39,833 nucleotides of DNA from Octopus bimaculoides (GCF_001194135.2 NC_068996.1:56469399-56509231); one strand, 5' to 3'. Positions 1-11,810 are shown, counted from the first letter of the stretch. Numbers and translations are program-made. The notes: generated by a model from the letters alone, not told the origin.

Positions 1-44
<44 letters not shown>

Positions 45-95
45 CATACATATACATATACACACATACTCACACACACACACACACACATATAT
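1..95. repeat. (AT)n/(CA)n compound microsatellite
   Basis: Directly visible dinucleotide runs. Confidence 0.95.
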
Positions 96-527
96 ATTAG
101 CATGAATTAATTGAATGACGAAGAAACTAAATGTTATGTAATGAACATTATTAACAGACTGCTGTAATTCACTATAAGCCGAGTACATGCAAACCTTGGA
201 AAGCTTCCTTATACATGGAAACAGTTATGTTCAAAGGTGACCTTTTTCATGTATTAAAATGCTTTCCATGTATTAAAATAAACATGCACTTCCATTCAAA
301 TGCACTGCTGAAGTTATAACATGTGGCGCAAGCATTCAGTTCTGCTATGGCAAGAAAGGCACTGGTTCCTATAGCAGAAACAGCTGTAAGCCAATGAAGA
401 TGATGATGTAATTCATGTTCCATTGTTATTATTCAATAATTAATACCACACTCTTGGCTTTCCTTTCACTTTATTCTGAAGCATATTTATAGTGAGCATC
501 AACAACTGGTTGTTAGTATCACTACAC

Positions 528-530
<3 letters not shown>

Positions 531-570
<40 letters not shown>

Positions 571-752
571 TCACACACACACACACACATACACACACAT
601 ACACTCACATACACACGCACACATATACACATGAAAAGCAAGGGAGCGAGATAATGCTATTGACAATGATGATGATGATAACAATGATGGTGACAATAAT
701 AATAATAATAATAATAATAATGGTGATGATGATGATGATGATGATGATGATA
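531..752. repeat. (AT)n, (CA)n, (GAT)n and (AAT)n compound microsatellites
   Basis: Directly visible; these explain the low-complexity ORFs 492-764 and 571-957. Confidence 0.95.
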
Positions 753-1768
753 ATGGCCATTTAGCAAGGGAAGCAGTAGAGGCAGAAGAAGAAGTGGAAT
801 GGGAGGAAAAGGATATTAGTCGTGTTATGATTAGTCCAACAATCTTTTGTGAAGGAAAGAGAGAAACAGAAGGAAAATGGCTGTTTCTTTCTTCTTTTCC
901 TTTATTTTTTTTTTCTGATATAAATAGAGAAACAAATGAGCAAGAAACTAAAGGCAATATATTTTTTGCTGTTTTGTTTTTGCTTTGTTTTTTTTTTCAT
1001 GTATTTAATATTTAATAATCTCTCTGGAGATTATTAGATATTTAAAAAAAAAAAAACACTTTTAACATTTTAAATATTAAATGTGTTAACAGTAAAGTGA
1101 ATGGTAGATGAAAGACTGGTTGTCTCACATATGAGATGACGCATGATGTGTGATGTGCAGCAGCAATATGATGATGTATGGCAGATCTAGTTGAGGCCAG
1201 TGTGATTCAGTAGATTTAATCTTTAATAAACGGAGAGAAGGACAAATAAACAAACAAACAAACATATAAATTTTACTTGTACTTCACATGTTTCATTTCA
1301 TTACAAAGATATACTTATTTCAAGAACCAAGGAACTCTACTGTAGACTATGGAACTCCAGTAGAAACTATGGAAGCCACTAAAAACCTAAGTGGGAACTG
1401 GGGTTTGTAGTGGAGGATGGTGACATGCAATTTATGCTTACGTCACATAAATCCATCAATTCTATTAATAATGTTGTCATTACATGATCGTCATAATCTC
1501 TGCAATGCAGCCTCTACAATTATTCAAATATAATGAAATGTAACAAATGAAACCCCTATCCATTCCACAAAGATAATTGATGAGTAGACCATGCTACTAT
1601 TTCTTTACCAATTCCAATCTCCACTCCTACTTTTTTTTATTCTTTCTGCTGGTCTGGCATTCTTTTGCATTCTTCATTATGATGCACTGTTATCAACTAA
1701 ACAGTTTTATGTATCTGATGAAAAATTATTCCAGAAAGCTATGAGACTTTCATAATGTTACGTAAGAA

Positions 1769-2060
1769 GTGCTTTTTAAACAGCTGTCGTAATCAACTAC
1801 TTCTTCCTTCCCTTTTATTTACAGATTTGATGATTTCATTATAAACAATGTTTGTTGCTTTTGAAATGGAATTGCAGAGCACTTTGTCAGTTTATTGGAA
1901 TTTTCTGTTTAATCTTCATATGGGATGGACTGCAGTTGATGCATTGACCAGTAAATTTTATTGGACGATTATTGAGTCAACTGTATTTCTTACATAAGCC
2001 ATGTTTATGCTAGAGACTAACCGACTGCATTTTACCATGATCACTCAACTGATCCTACTA
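1769..2060 (-). repeat. 292-bp segment, inverted copy of 17981-18272
   Basis: Reverse complement matches 17981-18272 with about 6 substitutions and no indels (manual alignment). Confidence 0.95.
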
Positions 2061-2063
2061 TAT

Positions 2064-2300
<237 letters not shown>

Positions 2301-2700
2301 CAAAAATTAGGTCCTAAAAGCATAAATGTCTCTGCCCCTGCACCCAATCTGTCCCAGTTGAATACTGATATCCCACCACCACCACCACCACCACCAAAAC
2401 CCATCCTTTCATCACTCTTCTGACTATGACACAAATCATTCAGCTGCTGTAATTATCAAAACAGAACTGCGCATATTTCATCCCCCACCACTCACCTCAG
2501 TGAGACGAAGCTAAAGGGGTCTCCCAACCCGATACTTTACATTATGTGCCAAATGCATTTTCATGGCACCAGCATCAAGGAGGTGATTGACCATTCACCA
2601 TTCAGCTGTAGAGAGTATAATGTGGGTTTCATTGTGGCACTAGTATTGGAAGTGAAATGCTTTGTATGCAGTAAATGTGGGGAATACTCAGTAAGTAGAC

Positions 2701-3189
2701 CAGGGTTGCCAAACTTTTTTGACCATCAACCCCACCTTTAGCCACTTCTCCTTCTGTATTGACCACATTTTTCATTTAAAATATCTTAATACTCTACCTT
2801 ACCATATCATATCTTAAATGTGTACCGGGTACTGTTTGTTGGCAAAAATGTTTATGAATATATGTATTTAATATCTTATCTCCCCTGGTCATCTCCATAA
2901 GCAAACACTTGACAGTCCGCAGCCCCTCAATTACACCTCTCAATTTTCAATTATAATATAAATTACAACTTCAGGTCTCGAACGTTAGCAACAGCAGATT
3001 TCTCACTGCAGTCAAAATTTATCATGTTTTCCCATGTTTCATGGCGCTTACTAAGTATTTCAAGCAGTTCATCTGGGTGAGCTGGTCTTTTGCACGTCAA
3101 CCCCCATTCGATCCCTTGGCTATCATCAATCCCCTGTAATTCCTCGCCAACCCCTAGGGGGTCCCTCATACCCACTTTGGCGACCCCTG
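2701..3189. mobile_element. hAT (Charlie-like) non-autonomous element/MITE
   Basis: Terminal inverted repeats CAGGGTTGCCAAA ... TTTGGCGACCCCTG; 8-bp flanks AAGTAGAC (2693-2700) and ATGTAGAC (3190-3197) match 7/8, the hAT target-site length. Confidence 0.8.
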
Positions 3190-3532
3190 ATGTAGACTAA
3201 GGAGGAAACTATGAGATGGGAGCAATGACAGCAGAAAGGCAAGAAATGGAGAGTTGAGAAGTGAGGGGGTTAGGTGTGTTATTGTTAGAGGATGGGTAGA
3301 GCAAGATTATGATGGGAAAGGTAGGAATAATTAGGTGTAGAGTTGATAAAGGTGTGATCAGCAATAGGAAAGGTGAACAAAGGTAAGGGTTGGAGATAAG
3401 ATGAAAGCAACAGTAAATGTTGGGTGATAATTAAGAAAGGTGACAGATAAAGGCAGGAATTTACAATAAGAAATTTCAGTATCAGAACTGAAAGTTTTGC
3501 TGAGGTTTCGGTTGATAACTTCACTTTCACCA

Positions 3533-3697
3533 AATTTGCAGTATTTCGTTTGTCTTTAAAATTCTAAGCTCAAATTCTGCTAAGGCCATGGTCAATAAAA
3601 TAAGTACCAGTTGCACACTGGGGTCGATGTAATTGACTCATCCCTGCCTATAAAATGTCAAGCCTTGTGCCTTTAGTAGAAAGAATTATTATTATTA
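3533..3697 (+). mobile_element. SINE, 5'-truncated and internally deleted, with (ATT)n tail
   Basis: Shares gtatttcgt..ttc..caaattctgc..agtac.agttg..actggg.tcgat..ttgtgcct..agtagaaa with 6772-6959. Confidence 0.75.
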
Positions 3698-3751
3698 ATA
3701 ATACTATGGTGTATTGGCAGAATTTTTAGAGTAAGCATTTATGGATGTCAC

Positions 3752-3785
<34 letters not shown>

Positions 3786-3955
3786 GTTTAACATCTGTTT
3801 CCCAAGCTGGCATAGGTTGGATGGCTTGACATGCTGCTGGCCAGCCAGGGAACTGTCCAGACTCCAACTGTCTGTTTGTGGCATGATTTCTACAGCTGGA
3901 TGCCCTTCCTAACATGCCAACCACTTTACATAGTGTACTGGGTGATTTTTACATG
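3752..3955 (-). mobile_element. RTE-type 3' UTR/tail fragment with (GAT)n tail
   Basis: Reverse complement of the gttaggaagggcatccagctgta motif and tail seen at 7520-7675. Confidence 0.75.
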
Positions 3956-3989
3956 CTACTGGATGTATATACATATATATATATATGCA

Positions 3990-4511
3990 TAATTGTATGT
4001 AAGTGAGTTTTATTGAAGTTCTTATGAGAGTTCAAGCTGGTCGCTAACAAAGTGACAAGTTTTACTGAGTTACTAAGAGAGTTCCCAGTGTTTGTAAATA
4101 TGTGCTTTGAATTGGTGTGTTAGTTGAACTATCGATGCATTCACTCAACTGCATGCATCTATTCACATAATTTCCGATGGAAAATCTTTGGAATGTCTTA
4201 CAGATCTTCATTGTGCCACCAACAGATTGGATTTAGAGAATCTGCATCAGTTTCTTTTGCTCTTTTTTTTTGCATGAAATTGAATATTTCTAGGCTTTTG
4301 TGTAAATTTGTTTTTATAAAATAACCCAATGCCCCAATGATGATAGGAACAAACGAGAATCCATTGTCAGGGTACAAGAGCTGTAAGTTCCGCATTAATT
4401 TGCCAAAAATGTTCTCTTTATGCTGACCACTACAACAGTGCATGACATTTGCTCCATGTCCCACAGAACAATATCAGGTCTGTTATGTTTGCATCAGTGT
4501 GCATGTATGAC
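3990..4511 (-). mobile_element. Dong/R4-type LINE copy 1: endonuclease domain and 3' UTR
   Basis: Minus translation CKHNRPDIVLWD...NLQLLYPD..FSFVPIIIGALG (PD-type restriction-like endonuclease), then a 3' UTR with AATAAAA. Confidence 0.88.
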
Positions 4512-4958
4512 AAAGTGTAAATGTATTGAGAGAAAAGTTGGGCATAAGAGGAATTAAATGTAGAATACAAGAGAGAAGACTTTATTGGTTTGGACATGTG
4601 ATGTGTATGAATGAAGACAGTTGCATAAAGGAGTGCTGATCACTGAAAGTGGATGGCACCCGCAGAAGTGGGAGACCCAGGAAGACATGGGTAGTAATGG
4701 TAAGGACTGATCTCTGGATGCTGGGCCTCAATGAGGAAATGACAATGGACCGAGATGTCTGGCAATATGAAGTCCTTGAGAAGACCTGCCCACATCAGCG
4801 TAACTGAGTTCTAGAAGCACTGTGTGTCCCATCCATACATAACAAGAAAACGTTTCACACACACTGCTACAACAAACAAAACTATCAGGCTGAGTCAAAA
4901 GTAAGCAACGTTTTGAAACATGAAATTCATCACAATATATTTCAACAATGCAGAAATT

Positions 4959-6240
4959 TTATTCATCAAAGGTAAGTACCATTACAATCAACACAAGTTT
5001 GTTTATTCTGGTAATATAAGAATCTGGAGTTCTGGAGTTGATGAATTCTTTGAACACATTTTCAGCATTAGTTTGATTTTTGAACCTCTTCTCTTGCAGA
5101 AAACCATCAGGCTGCTTGAAAAAGTGGTAACTGGTAGGAGAAAGGTCTGGGGAATAAGCTGGGTGGGGAAGAACGTCATAGCCAAGTTCCCTCAACTTCT
5201 GGAGCATCATTAGTGAAATGTGTGGTTGAGCATTGTCATGAAGAATGATTGGCCCTCTTCTAGGGATGGAGGAGTGGCAGTTTTTCATTCATTTTGGCAA
5301 TTTCATGGTAATATGTTTCTGCAGTAATAGTTTTTCTGGGTTTTAAGAAGTTATACTGGATGAGTATGGAAGCACATGGCCTAGTGGTTAGAGCAGCAGA
5401 CTCATGGTTGAGGGATCATGGGTTTGAATCTCAGACCGGGTGATGTGTGTGTTTAGGAGCAAAGCACCTAAGCTCCATGCGGCTCCCACAGAAGGTAACA
5501 GCAAACTTCTGCTGACTCTTTTGCCACAGCTTTCTGTCACTCTTTTCTTCTGTATTTAGCTGCTCACCTGCAACGGACCAGCGTCCTGTCCAGGTGAGGA
5601 ACTTATATGCCAATGAAACCGGGAAACTGGCCCTTAAGAGCCAGGCATGGCTCAAGAAGGAACAAACAACAACAACAATAGTGGATGAGTCCAGCAGTAC
5701 ACCACTAAACAGTCACTATAACCTTCTTTTTGAAGAGCTCAGGTTTAGGGAAGGTTTTCAATGCTTCTTTGTGGTTCAACCACCGCCAAGAACGTTTTCT
5801 GTTATTGAACAGAGTCCACTTTTCATCGCAAGTTACAATATGGTTGAGAAATAGATCGGTCTGGTTATGGAGCAAATTTCAAATCTGTGCATTTTCTGGT
5901 TTTTTATTTAAATGGTGTGGTACCCATTTGTGGAGCATTTTTGGTTTTCTGATTGTATGCAAATGATTGCAGGCAGTTTTCTGGCTAACTTGGTGTTCTT
6001 TTGCCTGTTCTGGAGTGGTTTTACGTGGATCTTTCTCAATGATGGTCTTTAATTCACTGTCATCGATGACAGATGGGCGTCCACTACGCTCACAATCTTC
6101 AAGGCTCAGGTCTCCACTGCGAAATCGTTTAAACTATTTTCGAGCTGACCACTCACTGGTCATTTCCTCACCAAACGTTTCGCTGATATCACGAAGTTAA
6201 ATAGCAAAATTGCTCGAATATCGCGCTTTGACAGTTCCAT
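4959..6240 (-). pseudogene. Mariner transposase pseudogene
   Basis: MELSKRDIRAILLFNF start, KWVPH, IVTCDEKW, LHDNAQPH and HPAYSPDLSPTSYHFF motifs; frameshifted and split by a SINE. Confidence 0.92.
5366..5677 (+). mobile_element. tRNA-derived SINE inserted in the mariner
   Basis: A-box-like TGGCCTAGTGGTTAG, B-box-like GGTTTGAATCTC, (CAA)n tail; target duplication ATACTGGATGAGT (5353-5365) / ATAGTGGATGAGT (5678-5690), 12/13. Confidence 0.88.
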
Positions 6241-6771
6241 TTCAGATGATTGTAACAACGGTGAAAAAACTTTCAATGTTAATTTATTGATGCATTTGGG
6301 CAAGTCTATGTCTGTATTATCAGACAAATGCAAAAAATGTTTTAAAAAATTCAAAACTCTGCAAGAATCCGGTACAAATTCTTCATGGTTCAAAACATTG
6401 CTTACTTTTTACTCAGTTTGATACATCTCTACATCTTTTCTCTTCCACCTTCATGCACTACGCTTACCTCTCATTCCTCAATCCTGTCCTCTTGGCCCTG
6501 TCCCACTGTATCATTGCTCTCCGCTAACCCCCAACCTGTATGTTCCACTAACACATAAAAAAAAAAATACCTTTCACACACCCTACCCCAACAAACCAAT
6601 CTACATCTCTTCTTTTCATACACTATGCTTACCTCTCACTCCCCAATCCTTGTTCCTCTGTATCATTGCTATCCTGTAGCCCCTCCCCACTTTTCACCAA
6701 GTTTTCGCCACTCACTCCCCCATCTCTGCACTCTCTAATTACACCTCCTTCACAATATTCTGCCACTTATA

Positions 6772-6959
6772 AGATGGCGAAATGCTTAGTGGTATTTCGT
6801 CTGTCTTTACGTTCTGAGTTCAAATTCTGCCAAGGTCGGCTTTGCTTTTTATCCTTTAAGGGGTGATAAATTAAGTACTAGTTGTGTACTGGGATCGATC
6901 TAAATGACTGGTCCCCTCCCCATAAATTTCGGGCTTGTGCCTAGAGTAGAAAAGAAAAG
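6772..6959 (+). mobile_element. SINE (5'-truncated) inserted in the RTE 3' UTR
   Basis: Homologous to 3533-3697 and 16205-16408; target duplication AATATTCTGCCACTTATA (6754-6771) / AATATACCGCCACTTATA (6960-6977), 16/18. Confidence 0.88.
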
Positions 6960-7675
6960 AATATACCGCCACTTATATTATGACCTTCAAACCCCAAGGG
7001 TATGCCCACGTACTTGCCACCATCTATATATCTCTCTTCCCTTACTCAACGACCCCATTTATATTCTGATCTCCTTCCCTTGTGAGTATGCCTGGCATCT
7101 CTATCTTGCTGTATCCCACTCTCTCTCTCCTTCTCCTGCACTTACCTTAGGTTGGGTAACCATTTATTTCCTTTGCAGCAGCTCACCTCTTTCTGTCTTC
7201 ATTCCTGATCTCTCTCACTCTCTCTCTCTCTCTCTGGCTGGATAACCTTGTTCCTCCTCTACAGTAAAATACCTCTCTCTGTCTCACTGTAACCTTTCAT
7301 TATCTGACATAAGTTCGCCTCCTCAAATGCCCTGCCTCTCTCAAAATTCTTTGCTTTGTGAGGTACTTGGTGACCCTGTCAGTAATGGTGCCACGTAAAA
7401 AGCACTGAGTCCACACTGTAAAGTGGTTGGCGTTTGGAAGGGCATCCAGCTGTAAAAACCTTGCCAAGACTGACCTCGCCTGTTCTTGTGCCAGGTAAAA
7501 GCACCAAGTCCACTCTGGTGAGTGGTTGGTGTTAGGAAGGGCATCCAGCTGTAAAATCCCTACCAAAACAGTCACAGAAGCCTGGTGCAGGATGCTGCCT
7601 GGTCAGCTCCTGTCAAACCATCCCGTCCATGCCAGCATAGAAGGTGGATGTTAAACGATGATGATGATGATGATG

Positions 7676-7924
7676 ATGACTGGAGTGGTCTGCTAGTTTT
7701 CCTTGCTTTTAAAGATGTGAATACCTGCTGGTTTTAACATGCCTTTGATGTATACATCAGAGCAGTCCTCTTTATGAATAGTATTGTAAATAGTCTTAGT
7801 AACTATATCATGCCTCAGGGGCAGGCAGTATCTTGTAAACATTTGGGGGCAGCTGTTGATGATGTGGGTCATATTTTCCACACTTATATAACAGAGCCAA
7901 CACTTTTTATCATACAATGTACAT
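7676..7924 (-). mobile_element. Dong/R4 copy 1: CCHC zinc-knuckle region
   Basis: KCWLCYISVENMTHIINSC...RHD matches the CxxC-x8-H-x4-C ... RH pattern of RLE LINEs. Confidence 0.88.
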
Positions 7925-8380
7925 CAACGCCATGTCTATCTTCCCTGTCTCTAATGATGAAAACTACAAATACTTCTGAATTGATGAGAATGTTACATGC
8001 ATTGGTGCTGTGACTAAAGCCAGAATAACAAGAGAGTACTTCTCTAGACTTCAGATAGTATGGAACTCAGAGCTGCCTGCATATCTCACAATGCTTTTGT
8101 AGTACCAACATTTGGGATATTGGACTTGACACTCAATGAGATATGCAGTCTGGACATCAAAGCCAGAAAGGACCACCACTGACAACTTATACATTAACAA
8201 TGAGAAGATTTTTGTGAGACAAAATGATGGTGAGAGAGGCATAAGGTCAGTCCAAACAGCCTTTGAATGTCACATTGTATCACTCAGGCAACACCTTCTG
8301 AACAGTAAAGAAGGAAATGAGTATATTCCATTCATACTCAAAAGTGGCAATGACAACATCTTCAGAGTTGGAGATGAACT
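7917..8380 (+). mobile_element. Dong/R4 copy 1: post-RT segment, inverted relative to its flanks
   Basis: NYKYFxIDE...EYFSRLQIVWNSEL...LDIKARK...EKIFVRQNDGERGIRSV matches the YKYLG ... RLYLxRxxGGRGL region. Confidence 0.85.
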
Positions 8381-8847
8381 GTAATCCCTTAATGGTATGG
8401 TTAGACTACAAGAGGGTGTTCAACTCTGTGCCTCGCTCATGGGAGATAGAATCGCTACACCTCGCCAAAGTACCAGCTGCAAAAGTGAATGCCCTTGAAA
8501 GACTGACTGCAATAGGGTCCACACAGTTAATTAAGCTATCAACAGGCATATTCCAGGGTGATAGTTTATCTGCTATGCTATTTGTACTGGCAGGGAATCC
8601 CTTGTCAGCCCTGTTAACAAAATGTCAAGGCCGCATGCTGGGATACATAGAAAACAATAAAGTTAATGCTATGCACACATTTTTTGTTGATGACAGAAAG
8701 TTTTATTCGGGGAATATGACCAACATCAAGAGATAATCAGAACTAACCACAACATTCTCACGAGATACAGGAATGGAGTTTGGGCAAGATAAATGCTCAT
8801 ACATGATAGCCAACCAATGAAAGATTGTTGATCAGGCAGATTCTATC
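8378..8847 (+). mobile_element. Dong/R4 copy 1: RT core, inverted relative to its flanks
   Basis: WLDYKRVFNSVP, GIFQGDSLS, HTFFVDD and GMEFGQDKC reverse-transcriptase motifs. Confidence 0.92.
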
Positions 8848-9175
8848 TCCCATGAGCGAGGCACAGAGTCGAACACCCTCTTGTAGTCTAACCATACCAT
8901 TAAGAGATTACAGCAATGTTGCTTGGCTTCCTTTAGGGAAGCTTTGTTGAGAAGGACTCCTTTCTTTCCTCCTGCCTGTTCACTGGTTATCACACCATTT
9001 GTTTGGCAGTGGTCCTGAAGAAACACATTCAGACAACCTGTGTATAGTTTGTACATAACATTCAGGTATGCTATGGGCCTATAGTTTTCAGCCACATGGG
9101 TCCCTTTGTTCTTGCAGATAAGAATAGCCCATGTGACCATCAGCCAATCTGGTATATCTAGCTCAGCATCCATTG
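8839..9175 (-). mobile_element. Dong/R4 copy 1: RT N-terminal segment
   Basis: IPDWL...ENYRPIAYLNVMYKLYTG...EQAGGKKG...WLDYKRVFDSVP. Confidence 0.92.
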
Positions 9176-9937
9176 NNNNNNNNNNNNNNNNNNNNNNNNN
9201 NNNNNNNNNNNNNNNNNNNNNNNNNNNNNNNNNNNNNNNNNNNNNNNNNNNNNNNNNNNNNNNNNNNNNNNNNNNNNNNNNNNNNNNNNNNNNNNNNNNN
9301 NNNNNNNNNNNNNNNNNNNNNNNNNNNNNNNNNNNNNNNNNNNNNNNNNNNNNNNNNNNNNNNNNNNNNNNNNNNNNNNNNNNNNNNNNNNNNNNNNNNN
9401 NNNNNNNNNNNNNNNNNNNNNNNNNNNNNNNNNNNNNNNNNNNNNNNNNNNNNNNNNNNNNNNNNNNNNNNNNNNNNNNNNNNNNNNNNNNNNNNNNNNN
9501 NNNNNNNNNNNNNNNNNNNNNNNNNNNNNNNNNNNNNNNNNNNNNNNNNNNNNNNNNNNNNNNNNNNNNNNNNNNNNNNNNNNNNNNNNNNNNNNNNNNN
9601 NNNNNNNNNNNNNNNNNNNNNNNNNNNNNNNNNNNNNNNNNNNNNNNNNNNNNNNNNNNNNNNNNNNNNNNNNNNNNNNNNNNNNNNNNNNNNNNNNNNN
9701 NNNNNNNNNNNNNNNNNNNNNNNNNNNNNNNNNNNNNNNNNNNNNNNNNNNNNNNNNNNNNNNNNNNNNNNNNNNNNNNNNNNNNNNNNNNNNNNNNNNN
9801 NNNNNNNNNNNNNNNNNNNNNNNNNNNNNNNNNNNNNNNNNNNNNNNNNNNNNNNNNNNNNNNNNNNNNNNNNNNNNNNNNNNNNNNNNNNNNNNNNNNN
9901 NNNNNNNNNNNNNNNNNNNNNNNNNNNNNNNNNNNNN
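9176..9937. other. Assembly gap (762 N)
   Basis: Run of N; lies between the N-terminal and RT parts of Dong copy 1. Confidence 1.
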
Positions 9938-10450
9938 ATCAGGTCCAGTGGGGTTTTTTTTTTCCCCAGCCATATCGGTATTTTTCTCTCTCATGTAGTG
10001 CCTTATTTATATAAAAGTAGTGAACTTCTGCTTAAACTTCGATGCAAGCTGCGATCTTAGTATTTTATATTCCTCCTTTGTTTTTGTAGGATCCTAAGTA
10101 GTTACCACATGTCCATGTAGTGGTGGAAGTTTGTTATTGTTGTGTTTGTTATTGTTCACAGTCTCTTCACGGAAAGAAGTTTACTATTGTTTAAACAATT
10201 ATTATCATTTTTGCATTTTGGCCGAGTGATTTTGTTTGGTAACCTGATATATTTCTTTTCAATGTAGCTTGCCGGCGTAATTGTTTTTCGGAAAAATTTA
10301 AGGATGCTGGGTATTTCTTATCTCAATATTTTTTAGGTCTCTTCATGTAGCCTATCAAGGGGTTTTCCCTAGCCTTTCTGAAGAACTGGTTTAGGTCTTG
10401 GTGAAATTCCTGTCAAAATGTCACACATAGAGACATTACACTTTTCTGCA
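9938..10450 (-). mobile_element. Dong/R4 copy 1: N-terminal ORF region
   Basis: Minus translation FRKARENPLIGYMKRPKKYxDKKYP...FSEKQLRRQAT resembles the N-terminal motif of Dong-like ORFs as recalled; orientation and position fit copy 1. Confidence 0.65.
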
Positions 10451-10599
10451 ATTGAGTGAAGAATTTATTCTTATTCTGATATAGTAACGGTGATGCTGTT
10501 GGTTCTATTGCTAGAACAGAACATCTTGCTGCTGGTGGAATAAGTTATTGTAAAGAAAGGTGACATAATCCTAAACATGATGTGTTCTATGAAAATTTG

Positions 10600-11420
10600 T
10601 TGGGAATTAGTGAGAAAGTCTTGATCCAGTTTAAACTAGAAAACCTAAACAAAATCCCTGACTTGATAGAGCAGCAAACAACTACATGTTATATTTGAGG
10701 ACAGAACTTCCATACATGTGTGGTATCACCAACCATCTGAAAACATTCAGGTAGAAACAGAATTAATCCAACATGGACCGTCACTATTGTTGACACTAAA
10801 TTTAGGTAAGATGGGTTTGATTATTTATACCTGGTGGTAGACTTAGGTGAAAGGAAAATTAGAATACAATTTGTCAGTTTTAGCAACAGAAAACAACAGT
10901 TTATAGAATGAGCTGCTAGACAACCGGAACTGACGTGGAGCTAAGTAACAACAATAGCAACAACATCCAGGACCATATCCAGAGAAGGGAGTTTAAACAA
11001 ACTGACATTCAAACCCTAAGGGACACACTCCAGCATCATGTTGGCCTCTTTCTCTGCTTTTTCTATTACATACTACTATTGGCTGTTATTCTTCAGAACT
11101 GGCAGATCTCATTCCTTCATAATTTAGGCATCCCAAAAACACTTGTTTCTTCACCTCTCAACAAACTTGCTTATATCCAACCACTTTGGTTTCATAACAG
11201 CTATTATGCACAGTCCTTCTTCCCCAGAACTCTTCCATCTGGAAACCACTCCTCTTCTTACTCATGTGTTTCTTGCATCTGTTGACCCACAACACTTGGA
11301 GCACCAATGGCATCAAGCCTACCAGTCTTGGAAGGAACCTGAAAAAGTCATGGGCACTACCCCTTGCTCCAGATTCAATGAGTTAACACAGCAAAAACAG
11401 CAACAACAACAACTTCAACA
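10600..11420 (+). mobile_element. CR1/L2-group LINE, decayed 3' fragment with (CAA)-like tail
   Basis: GKLEYNLSV, IExAAR and YYAQSFFPRTLPSGN correspond to the RPxLEY, QRRAAR and SFFPRTxxxWN motifs of this group. Confidence 0.75.
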
Positions 11421-11478
11421 TAACTATCACATTCAATGTCCCTTGTCTTCTAACTAACATCATACTTTTTGCACACGT

Positions 11479-11660
11479 AGAGAGAGAAAGACAATGAGAG
11501 AGAAAGAGAGAGACAAAGGGAGAGAGAGAGAGAGACAAAGGGAGAGAGAGAGACAAAGGGAGAGAGAGAGACAAAGGGAGAGAGAGAGACAAAGGGAGAG
11601 AGAGAGACAAAGGGAGAGAGAGAGAGAGACAGAGAGATAGAGACAGAGTGAAAGAGAGAG
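11479..11660. repeat. (GA)n with a tandem unit of about 16 bp, AGAGAGAGACAAAGGG
   Basis: About 7 visible copies of GACAAAGGG spaced by GA runs. Confidence 0.9.
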
Positions 11661-11689
11661 AGGCTTTTTAAAGCCTAGTACTTTTTCTC

Positions 11690-11810
11690 TCAGTCTTTCG
11701 CTGAACTGCTAAGTTATGGGGATGTAAACACACCAACACTGGTTGTCAAGTGATGGTAGAGGACAAACACAGACACAAAGACACAGAAACATAGGTATAT
11801 ACACACACAA

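Larger units (their letters stand above)
4885..6421 (-). mobile_element. Near full-length mariner DNA transposon with decayed transposase
   Basis: About 40-bp TIRs (tcaggctgagtcaaaagtaagcaacgttttgaaacatgaa versus reverse complement tcaaactgagtaaaaagtaagcaatgttttgaaccatgaa); TA on both sides (4883-4884, 6422-6423); about 1.23 kb once the SINE is removed. Confidence 0.93.
4512..7675 (+). mobile_element. 5'-truncated RTE LINE (ORF end, long 3' UTR, (GAT)n tail) carrying nested insertions
   Basis: 4514-4807 reads VNVLREKLGIRGIKCRIQERRLYWFGHVMCM...GRPRKTW...DRDVW; ends in a (GAT)n tail; flanked by ATGAC at 4507-4511 and 7676-7680. Assigning 6425-7300 to its UTR is inference. Confidence 0.78.

Noticed and set aside
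240-430. Minus-strand peptide CATCYNF...IHGKH resembling a C2H2 finger
   Set aside because: Cys/His spacing does not fit C-x2-C-x12-H-x3-5-H and no linker or neighbouring fingers are present.
1330-1390. Three degenerate units of about 20 bp (ggaact...actat)
   Set aside because: Too short and degenerate; there are no unique spacers, so it is not CRISPR-like.
1590-1750. LLFLYQFQSPLLLFFILSAGLAFF resembling a P-type ATPase first TM segment
   Set aside because: Flanked by stops, no downstream ATPase motifs, and T-rich DNA yields such hydrophobic runs by chance.
5366-5430. tRNA gene
   Set aside because: A and B boxes are present but there is no cloverleaf; it continues into a SINE body and tail with a target duplication.
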